DNA from: Octopus sinensis
Lineage: Eukaryota
NCBI RefSeq assembly: GCF_006345805.1
Contig: NW_021823752.1
Span: 1-21,454 of the forward strand
Direction: 5' to 3'
Length of the DNA stretch: 21,454 nucleotides
Below are positions 9,868 to 18,690 of the stretch, piece after piece. Below the pieces are notes generated by a model. The model was given only the letters and a program-made list of their open reading frames with translations. It was not told the origin of the DNA and did not search any database. How positions within the stretch are numbered: the stretch's first letter is position 1; the number at the start of each line of letters is the position of its first letter. The position numbers and the translations under genes are program-made.

Positions 9868-10423
9868 ATGCCCTGATGCAGTACCAGGCTGTGGCTCTCA
9901 TGGCTTCTGATCATAACTGATTGGAAGTGTTATCGTGTACATATTTTGTCTTGGTATAAAAGATGGGCTACAGCAAATATTCTGCTCAATACCACAGATT
10001 TGCATGTCAGTTGTTTGACCATAACCAGTTGAGCATGTCCTTTCGTGGCTGACGATTTGTGCATCTCTGAGCACGAGCAGAAGTAGTTGGAGAGCATCAT
10101 AGCCATATGTTGAGAGGAATTCTTTGTAGTTTGAATAATTCACCTCTGGAAACATGGGTGTTTCGTTCAGCTTCTTTGAACAAACCTTATTCAAGGACAA
10201 TTTGTGCGGGATAGGCTACTCGACCTGAAGAAAATTCTAACTGGGCCCCACCTGTAAGGTCATGGGCTATTTATTTTGATATGAGATTACCATGTCGTGC
10301 ACATATGGTTGTGAAACGTGTAGCTGATGTACACTTATCAGACGGGTAGTCATGATGGGTATACTGAGCTTTGCATATTTGTACCCTTGTGTCACTTTGA
10401 TGGCATGCACTGCTCTCTCACTC
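9868..10423. mobile_element. ~556-bp non-coding insert bounded on both sides by (AAT)n; putative AAT-targeting non-autonomous element
   Basis: Sharp boundaries AATAATA|ATGCCCTG… and …CTCTCACTC|AATAATAAT; no recognisable protein and no TIR. Single copy here, so repeat status is inferred. Confidence 0.5.
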
Positions 10424-10540
10424 AATAATAATAGTAGATAGTTGAAAAGAACAGATAGCATGGTACCGTAGTGTGAAGGTGGTAAACATGCAAGACTCTA
10501 GGAGTTTCAACAAAACCTGAGATAAAAAGAAAAAAAAACA

Positions 10541-10750
10541 ATCCTTTCTACTATAGGCAAGAAGCCTGGAACACGGCGGGGTGATAGTCGTTTACATCGA
10601 CCCCAGTGCTCAACTAGTACTTATTTCATTTACCCCGAAATGATGAAAGGTAAAGTCGACCTCGGCGGAATATGAACTCAGACCATTAAACGGACGAAAT
10701 GCCACTATGCATTTCGCTTGGCGTGGTGCTAATTATCCTGCCAGCTCGCC
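10541..10750 (-). mobile_element. SINE family B variant, full length
   Basis: Reverse-complement homologue of the 7050-7210 head and central domain (GGCGAGCTGGCAGG…GAGTTCATATTCCGCCGAGGTCGACTTTACCTTTCATC), with a different 3' tail. Confidence 0.85.
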
Positions 10751-11113
10751 TGAACATTGCAGTTCCTCCTTTGTCTTCGCCATAAACAGAAATGCAATTA
10801 AATAGAAGCTAGCATGCTTGATGTAAATAGCCTTTCCCTCCAAATGTTTAAAGAATTAAAATTACAGTCATAGTGAAGTGACAAAGTCATTAGTTTGTTA
10901 ATTAAATCTGATCAAGAAAGCAGCATAAATTTAAAACAGTTTAAATAAAAAAAAAAACAAAAAACTAGGATCGCTCGTTTATTGTTGGTGCTGTGTCTTG
11001 CAATATAATTTGTCGTTCATGTTTTGTCATGTTTGAAAGATTGCGAGTTGATTGGGGCAGCTATACGATTGTTAAAAACCAAACGCAGAGAGTTGATCCG
11101 AGTCACGAGAAGA

Positions 11114-11486
11114 TCTCTCTCTATATAAACGGCAGTTTGTCTGTGTGCGTGTCTGTGTGTCTGTCAGGTTGTACCCTCACCCTGACCACGGCTTTCAACC
11201 GATTCTGATGAAACTTGACACACACATAGCCCAATGTCATAATTCAAAACTAACGCAGCGAAAATTTTGAAAAGTTCCCCCAGTTCTGAAAAAGATCGAT
11301 AAATTCGACATGGGGTCGACAATCAGAAACACAAACCACAGATGGTCTAGGGAACGCAACTCGACCTTTTTAACTCTCAAAAAAATTTACCATCATTTTT
11401 TCCCCATCTTTTGGGCTATAACTCTCTAAAAATGCTTTATAGTTATTTCCCTTACAAACCCGAGCAACGCCGGGCGATACTGCTAG
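11114..11486 (+). mobile_element. Non-autonomous Helitron (~373 bp)
   Basis: A|TC-TCTCTCTATATAAAC start; …CCCGAGCAACGCCGGGCGATACTG-CTAG|T end; last 48 nt identical to the element at 4395-4690. Confidence 0.85.
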
Positions 11487-11565
11487 TTATATATATTTAG
11501 ACATATAAAAAAGTTTTAGTGAATTCTTTGGATAAATTTCGTATCTTGTATTTTTTTATGGATGT

Positions 11566-11863
11566 AGTTAGTTAGTTAGTTAGTTAATTTGGCTCAAAAG
11601 CAAATAGCAAGGCCATGTAGGGGGACATGGAGTTAAGTACGGGGTGGTGTTCATGTAAAGAGTTCAGGCCACTTGAGGTCAAGGGAGACTTTGAACAAAG
11701 CGGTCGTCGGCATCTTCACCATCTCATCTGGCAGCTTGTTCCACGGATCCGCAACCCGGACGGAGAAAGCTCCTCTCCTTCGATTGAGATGAAATCGTCG
11801 CAGGTAGAGCTTTTCGGAATGACCCCGCAGCCGACGCTCTGGAGCAGGAGTGAAGAACAGCTC
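11566..11863 (-). mobile_element. 5'-truncated CR1-like LINE 3' end with (TAAC)n tail
   Basis: Codes a CR1-type C-terminus (next feature), then a short 3' UTR and (TAAC)n, seen as (GTTA)n at about 11566-11587. Confidence 0.8.
11651..11863 (-). pseudogene. C-terminal 70 codons of CR1-like ORF2 (ELFFTPAPERRLRGHSEKLYLRRFHLNRRRGAFSVRVADPWNKLPDEMVKMPTTALFKVSLDLKWPELFT*)
   Basis: My translation; RGHSxKL…FSxRV…WNxLP…FKxxLD is the characteristic CR1 ORF2 tail. No internal stop or frameshift. Confidence 0.82.
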
Positions 11864-12178
11864 TGTAGTTAAAAGGTTGTGCAGATTTTTAAAAGTTACT
11901 CTCTTTAAATTTCTGTATATGTGGATCCCCCGTTCCCAAGAAGCCGTTGTTCTAATAAAATACGTTTAGTCATCTGGTGAATTATCCACCATATTACAGA
12001 CTCAATAGCCTAATTCAACTCAAAACTTTTCCTTGGCAGTCTTTGTTGATGTTGTTTGACCATAGGTTACTTCTGTTGGAGCAGGCTTATGATCGTAGAC
12101 ATTCCAGTCATTGATAATCTTGCAGTGTCTGATGCTAGGTATTGAGAGCGGCAATTTTCAGTTTTAGTTGTTCATCTG

Positions 12179-12606
12179 GGATCTTTTCGGTTTGAACGGC
12201 AGTTTTTAACATAATTTCCACGTAACTAAACACTTTTAAACTTCGTATACTGGTAGAATGTGTTTATAAAACATATTTTTCTCTTGGATTTATTGAGAAA
12301 ATTCTATAGTTTGTAAGATATTTGATGTTTTTTTTTTCGTCAATTTCTGCTATTTCAACCAATCAATGTCCGTCTATTGAGGTGAAAACATTCTGTGCCG
12401 TATCAATATGTCCCTCATTTAAGAAACAGATTGGGTTTATTTACATTGCTGAAGAAAAAAAGATACCTTCCCCCCACCCCTAACCCTAACTAACCCTACC
12501 CCTAAAATAGACTGAAATTCAATAGATCGATACTAGGGTCATAATTATGGGTGACAATTTCATATGACACCGCGAGAAAAAACTGCCGTTCAAACCGAAA
12601 AGATCC
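12179..12606 (+). mobile_element. MITE family M, copy 2 (subfamily a)
   Basis: GGATCTTTTCGGTTTGAACGGCAGTTTTT … AAAAAACTGCCGTTCAAACCGAAAAGATCC; no matching 8-bp flanks. Confidence 0.93.
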
Positions 12607-12625
12607 AAATAGTCTAATATTCGGA

Positions 12626-12675
12626 TAGGAATCTAAATCGTAGGAGACACACAACTTCACTTTTATATATAAAGA
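12626..12675 (-). mobile_element. Isolated 5' terminus (~50 bp) of the Helitron family at 4395-4690
   Basis: TAGGAATCTAAATCGTAGGAGACACACAACTTCACTTTTATATATAAAGA matches 4637-4690 apart from a 4-nt deletion. Confidence 0.85.
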
Positions 12676-12726
12676 TAAAGGTGCATGCCACCTCTCTCTC
12701 GTCTGTGTCCGCAAGTGCTAGACTAT

Positions 12727-12795
12727 GCGGTAGCATGGTGGAAATCTCTGGAGGGAGCCGAGTTTCTGATAACTCCACAGGTTCGATTTCCGGTT
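12727..12795 (+). other. Possible degenerate tRNA-like Pol III head
   Basis: TAGCATGGTGG (12731-12741) and GGTTCGATTTCC (12780-12791) resemble A and B boxes at plausible spacing; no second copy in the window. Confidence 0.3.
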
Positions 12796-13276
12796 AACTA
12801 ATTTCCTTTTTCTTAGACTTCATACCTGCGATTTCCGGTCGTAGACAATGACCCGGAAAGGGATGGGCTCCTGCCAGCCTGACATTCTTTAGGTACTCCC
12901 TACATGGAGATGAGAACACGAAGCTTTAGACTGTGTTCCAACAGTTCATGGAAGGTATGAAGACACTTTCATTTCACACACACACGCAACATACACGTGA
13001 TAACGAGGGAACAGTTATGTGGTCTCATGATATGCTAGAAATAGCAGCCAAATTGTTAAAAAAAGGACGTATTGGATATACAAAGAGGAAATGGTCATAG
13101 TGAGTACTTGACATTATATAATAAAAGAAAAATACAATGATTAATTGAATTATTATTCAATAACTTAAACCTTATTCTTTTACAACGACGCCATTGACTG
13201 TGACTGCAAAATTTTGGTTTTGTTCGGTTCACGAAGTCACTTGGCCGAAATTTCTTCGGCGTTTCCCTTACAAATA

Positions 13277-13384
13277 TACATACATACATACATACATACA
13301 TACATACATACTTACACACACTCACACATATACATACATACATACACTCACACATACATACATGCATGCATGCATGCATACATG
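13277..13384. repeat. (TACA)n/(TGCA)n tract, probable 3' tail of the adjacent minus-strand element
   Basis: Abuts the 3' end of 13385-13685; reads (ATGT)n on the minus strand. Confidence 0.8.
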
Positions 13385-13685
13385 GTAGCTGCCCCCTCGT
13401 TATCGAGTATGGCCATAGCATGAAGCTTAATCAATTTTATCGTGCAATGCCTGTGCAAGAAAAACATTTTTTAAGTGAGGAAAAAATTTTTTAAGTGAGG
13501 AAAGGCTGTGCACTGAGTCCTATCCCACTCACTAAGCAACAGCAGCCATAATCCGAAAAGAAGAACAAGTCAACATCATCGGTAACCACTGAGCCGCAGG
13601 TTTTATGTCGGAGTTATCCCAGTTACCTGAGTTACCTTCTCCTAGAAGGATGCCTTAACAAAGGTTAGGAGTCCTTCACTACTAA
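13385..13685 (-). mobile_element. Short non-autonomous RTE-related element (~300 bp)
   Basis: 3' end TTAAGCTTCATGCTATGGCCATACTCGATAACGAGGGGGCAGC is shared with 14873-14915. The 5' region has TCTAGGAGAAGGTAACTC, resembling (from memory) the RTE 5'-UTR motif. No coding sequence; 5' boundary approximate. Confidence 0.6.
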
Positions 13686-13737
13686 TTATTCAGTTCGATT
13701 ATTTCTATGTCCCTGGCGCATGATACACATCATAATC

Positions 13738-14490
13738 AATACATACATACACACAATACATACACCATACATACCCACATACATACAAAATACATACATA
13801 CACACACACACAACATACATACATACATATAATACATACAACTACACACATACATACACACACACATACATACATACATACACATACATACACACATACA
13901 TACATACACACATACATACCCACATACATACATACATACTCCACACTACATACATACATACATACATACATACATACATACATACACACACACATACATA
14001 CACACATACATACACACATACATACAAACATACATACATACACACACACACATACATACATACATATATACATACATACACACATACATACACACACACA
14101 TACATACATACATACACACATACATACACACATACATACATACACACATACATACACACATACATACATACATACATACACACATACATACATACATGCA
14201 TACATACATACATACATACAAACATACATACATACACACACACACATACATACATACATATATACATACATACATACACACATACATACACACACATACA
14301 TACATACATACACACATACATACACACATACATACATACATACACACATACATACATACATACATACATACATGCATACATACACACTCACATACATACG
14401 TACATACATACGTACATACATACATACATACATACATACAACATACATACATAATACACACATACACACACACACACACACATACATACA
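13738..14490. repeat. ~750-bp degenerate (TACA)n/(CA)n compound microsatellite
   Basis: Seen directly; explains the overlapping HTYI/MYVC ORFs at 13705-14611. Confidence 0.98.
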
Positions 14491-14661
14491 CAGGTATGGC
14501 TGTGAGGTAAGAAGCTTGCTTCCCAACCACATTGTTCCGGGTTCAGTCCCTTGCGTGGTGCCTTATGCAAGTGTCATCTACTACAGCTACGGGCTGTCCA
14601 AAGCTGTGTGAGTGGATTTGGTAGACGGAAACTGAAAGAAGTCCGTCGTGTGTGTGTGTGT

Positions 14662-14868
14662 ATAACACACCATACTAATCATATCTGTCAGGCATGTGGA
14701 AGAGAGTGTAATTGGGCAGGAGGACTTAAACGACATGCAAAGGTACATGAAGCCCAGTTACAACTACAGCCGGCTATTACCGGTAAAGGTATTAGTTGCC
14801 AATACTGTACAAGACATTGCAGATCTTTAGCTGGGCTAAAAAGTCACATTCGATCACAGCACCAATAA
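14662..14868 (+). pseudogene. Two C2H2 zinc fingers (CQACGRECNWAGGLKRHAKVH; CQYCTRHCRSLAGLKSHIRSQH), probable RTE ORF C-terminus
   Basis: C-x2-C-x12-H-x3-H and C-x2-C-x12-H-x4-H in ORF 14551..14868, whose first ~37 codons are SINE sequence. The second finger resembles the RTE/BovB terminal CxSxxGLxSHxR motif. Confidence 0.7.
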
Positions 14869-14926
14869 CGGTTAAGCTTCGTGTAATGGCCATACTCGAT
14901 AACGAGGGGGCAGCCATAATGTATGT
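14662..14926 (+). mobile_element. 5'-truncated RTE-like LINE 3' end
   Basis: Zinc-finger C-terminus, ~47-nt 3' UTR shared with 13385-13430, short ATGTATGT tail; nested in the SINE's central microsatellite. Confidence 0.7.
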
Positions 14927-15092
14927 CTGGGTGTCTTTGTGTCTGTCCCACTACCATCAATGATAACCAGTGTTGGTGTGTTTTACGTCCCCGTTACTAG
15001 CGGTTCGGCAAAATAGACCGATAGAATATATGGATTTTCTTGTCTTAAATGACAGATGGGGGTTGTACCATTTCCTGCTGAACGACCTGCAC

Positions 15093-15299
15093 AGTGGGTT
15101 TTCCGTACGCGTGCGACTCGAACCCAGACCTCTATGTTTTCGCGACAAGTGGGCTACGATTTACACCAACGTACCCACCTGGGTGGGTACGTGAGTGTAA
15201 ATGGCAGCACACTTGTGGGTACGTTGGTGTAAATGGTAGTGCACTTGTTGCGAAAACATAGTGGTGTGGCTCGAGTCCCATGCAATCGGAAAACCCACT
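15093..15299. repeat. Inverted repeat of two ~85-bp tRNA-like heads facing outwards, with a 32-bp partial extra copy between them
   Basis: 15093-15178 is the reverse complement of 15215-15299 (roughly 80-85% by eye). Each arm has TGGTGTAAAT(C/G)GTAG and GG(T/C)TCGAGTC(G/C)C. 15183-15214 repeats the start of the right arm. Confidence 0.85.
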
Positions 15300-15328
15300 T
15301 TTTTATATATCCCAATATTAGACTATTT

Positions 15329-15739
15329 GGATCTTTTCGGTTTGAACGGCAGTTTTTTCTAGCGGTGTCATATGAAATCGTTACTCATAATTATGACCCT
15401 AGTATCGATCTATTGCATTTCAATCTGTTTTAGGGTTAGGGGTGGAGGGAAGGGTATCTTTTTTTCTTCACAAATGTAAATAAACCCAATCTGTTTCATA
15501 AACGAGGGACATATTCATGCAGCACAGAATGTTTTTTTACCTCAATAGACGTCACTGATTGGTTGAAATTGCAGAATTGAAGAAAAACAACAACAAATAT
15601 CTTACAAACCATAGAATTTTCTCAATAAAGGCAAGAGAAAAAGATGTTTTATAAACACATTCTACCAGTATACGAAGTTTAAAAGTTTTTAATTACCTAG
15701 AAATTATGTTAAAAACTGCCGTTCAAACCGAAAAGATCC
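15329..15739 (-). mobile_element. MITE family M, copy 3 (subfamily b) with 8-bp TSD
   Basis: Both TIRs intact; GACTATTT at 15321-15328 and 15740-15747. An 8-bp TSD with 5'-GG termini fits Merlin-like better than hAT (inference). Confidence 0.93.
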
Positions 15740-16424
15740 GACTATTTTCTTTAGCTCAATACTTGGGGATTGCTTATAGGCTTTAAGCTTATAAAATATC
15801 TATACTTGTTTCAGTGTGTGTGTGTATAACCGTATATACATATCCGTCAAAATGTACTCAATACCATAGGGTGTAGGCGTGCATTTTGGTTAATTTTGAG
15901 TTACAAATCTACTGGATCAGTCAAAATATACTTTCTCTCTTCTCTCGTCTCTCATGGGCTTTACACATTTCATTATTAGTGTATATATATATAGCGAGCG
16001 AGCATTTCTATGTTTTCGCACGCAAAAACATAGAGGGAAAGGAAGAACAATATTCCAATGAAAAGTTGGGGAAATTGTAGCAAAAGTTATACAGAAATAG
16101 TCGGGAAAAAAAAAGTAGAGACAGTTTTTTTTAGACGAACCCATCCACTGACACACACAGTAGAAAAACACGTTGAACACCTACACAGAAAAATAACGCG
16201 CGTATTTGTGCGTGCGTGCGTGCGTGTGTGTGTCTCTGTGTGTGTGTGTGTGTGTGTGTATGTGTGCTGGTTTTGTGTAAGTGTTTATCTGAACCTATAC
16301 ACGTGTGTGTGTGTATATATACACACCGATCGTATTTGAACTCTACAACAGATTTCAGTCAGATGATACAGCTGATAACGAACTACGTTCGCATGCTGTG
16401 GCTTTTTCTGTTTTCATAGCGTGT

Positions 16425-16456
<32 letters not shown>

Positions 16457-16457
<1 letters not shown>

Positions 16458-16707
16458 CTCTCTCTTCTCTCCTTTTCTCTTTTTTTTTATTCATTCTTCC
16501 CTTTTCTCTTTCTCATATATCCCTTCTCTTACTCTCTTACTCAACCTTTCTCCTCTCCTTCGCCTTTATCACCCCTCTCTGTCTCCGCTATCGCTTATTC
16601 CACCCCACCTCTCTTTGTGTCTCCTTTTTCTCTTTCATTTCCATCGTTTGCCTTTCATCCTACCTTTTCTAACTCCCTTCTCTTCGTACTCTATATTCAG
16701 CTCTCCC

Positions 16708-16745
<38 letters not shown>

Positions 16746-16822
16746 TCCTTTTTAATCTTCCTCCCATTCTATCTTTTCCTGATATTCCTTTCCACTTGGT
16801 CTCTCTCATACCATCTCCACCT
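16457..16822. repeat. Pyrimidine-rich (CT) low-complexity tract
   Basis: Seen directly; explains hydrophobic pseudo-ORFs 16305..16835 and 16421..16672. Confidence 0.85.
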
Positions 16823-16970
16823 TAACGACCGATAACGCTGGTGCTCCTGAAAGTAGAGTATATCTCAGGGGACAAAGCAAGGTTTGGTATACACTGCAGA
16901 GTCTTACATATAGGTAATGTAATTGAGTTGAAAAACTTCGATCATACGAGATTATCCGAGTCTAAAACTC

Positions 16971-17389
16971 CGATCTTTTCGGTTTGAATGGCAACTTTTT
17001 AAAAATAATTTCTAGGTAATTAAAAACTTTTAAACTTCGTATACTGGTAGAATGTGTTTATAAAACATCTTTTTCTCTTGGCTTTATTGAGAAAATTCTA
17101 TAGTTTGTAAGATATTTGTTGTTTTTTTCTTCAATTTCTGCAATTTCAACCAATCAATGACGTCTATTGAGGTAAAAAAACATTCTGCTCCGCATGAATA
17201 TGTCCCTCGTTTATGAAACATTGGGTTTATTTACATTTGTGAAGAAAAAAGATACCCTTCCCCCTACCCCTCACCCTAACCCTAACCCTAAAACAGATTG
17301 AAATGCAATAGATCGATACTAGGGTCATAATTATGGGTGACAATTTCATATGACACTAGAAAAAACTGCTGTTCAAACCGAAAAGATCC
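16971..17389 (+). mobile_element. MITE family M, copy 4 (subfamily b)
   Basis: Slightly decayed TIRs; flanks TAAAACTC / AAAAGCTC match at 6 of 8, a possible decayed TSD. Confidence 0.92.
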
Positions 17390-18303
17390 AAAAGCTCTCT
17401 CTAGTAGTGTTTCAGATCTAATAATAAGGAGGCTAACAAAATAATTTGGTCAATATAGACAATGTAAACTGGAATCTAGTCTTCAGAACCACGCGGAGAA
17501 AGCATTGGAGTATGTTTCGTTGTTATTAAAACTCTTCAGCAAAGCATATTCTACTCAGTCGAACAATAGGATATATATATGGCTGTTTGTTAACAATCTT
17601 TTCCACCTTGTAATGAATGGTAATAATCCCCAATTTTTTTGCTGTTTTAACGGTGTTACTGTTTTCGAAGTGCCACTTTTTTTGCCTGTATCGTTCGATA
17701 CACATTTGGCGCCTCTAAAAAAAACAAAACAAATATAAGTTTGTTTATATACACAGCCGTCACCGTTTCTTTTTACTCTTTTGTTCTCGCTGTCCTGTTC
17801 TTGTTTCCACTTTCACCCTCCGCAAAAATCTCAAATTTTATTTAATTTGCTTTGCGGGAAGGGATGTTTCAACGAAGTCGCGTATAGTTCTGGCCTTCGA
17901 AACAGGGACAACTGAGGAAGGGAATATTCTTTGTTTTGCATGTCTCGTTTCTCTGTTTTTTCATTGTTCCCCAAAAAGTTCGTTTCTATGTTTTTGTTTT
18001 TGTTTTTATGTTTTCGTTTCTCATTGCGTTCAACATTTTTTTTATATATATATATATATCCAAATCAGATTTTCCTCTTCTAAAATTCAACTTCTTGGTT
18101 TCTTCAGCTTAACTTAGAATGGTAGTAAACAATTGACATTGATGATACGGTACTGACAATAACATCAGGGTGCACAGCTCACAATGTGCAGCCGATGCAG
18201 TCGAAACGTGCGTAGGTTCACAAACGAATGCTATAAAAAAACTGTTTAATAAAATTATTGATATGGAAAATCTCCTGATTATATATATATATATAATATA
18301 TAA

Positions 18304-18653
18304 TCCGGGTTCAGTCCCACTGCGTGCACCTTGGGCAAGTGTCTTCTACTATAGCTCGGGCTGACCAAAGCCTTGTGAGTGGATTTGGAGACGGAAACTG
18401 AAAGAAGCCCGTCGTATATATGTATATATATATATATGCGTGTGTGTGTTTGTGTGTCTGTATTTGTCCCCTAGCATGCTTGACACCGATGCTGGTGTGT
18501 TTATGTCCCCGTTACTTAGCGGTTCGGCAAAAGAGACCGATAAAATAAGTACGGGCTTACAAAAGAATAAGTCTCGGGGTCGAGTTGCTCGATTAAAGGC
18601 GGTGCTCCAGCATGGCCGCAGTCAAATGACTGAAACAAGTAAAAGAGTAAAGA

Positions 18654-18654
<1 letters not shown>
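18304..18654 (+). mobile_element. SINE family A, 5'-truncated at the B box
   Basis: Starts TCCGGGTTCAGTCCCACTGCG…CCTTGGGCAAGTG; central microsatellite and complete 3' end; (TA)n on both sides. Confidence 0.92.

Positions 18655-18686
<32 letters not shown>

Positions 18687-18690
<4 letters not shown>

Larger units (their letters stand above)
14491..15027 (+). mobile_element. SINE family A (diverged, 3' truncated) interrupted by an RTE 3' fragment
   Basis: Head TGGCTGTGAGG…GGTTCAGTCCC…GGAAACTGAAAGAAGTCCGTCG (to 14648); 3' half resumes at about 14927 (…GTCCCCGTTACTAGCGGTTCGGCAAAATAGACCGATAGAATA). Confidence 0.85.

Noticed and set aside
15093-15178. A functional tRNA gene
   Set aside because: Boxes are present but the anticodon and D arms do not fold convincingly; treated as tRNA-derived.
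17880-17935. CTTCGAAAC…CTGAGGAAGGG as a hammerhead
   Set aside because: Only 9 nt lie between GAAA and CTGAGGA, too few for stems III and I, and no GAAA follows the downstream stem.
18145-18215. CTGACAA…TGCACA/TGTGCA hairpin…GTCGAAACGTG as a decayed hammerhead
   Set aside because: G8 is missing, position 17 is G, and stem I does not pair in register.
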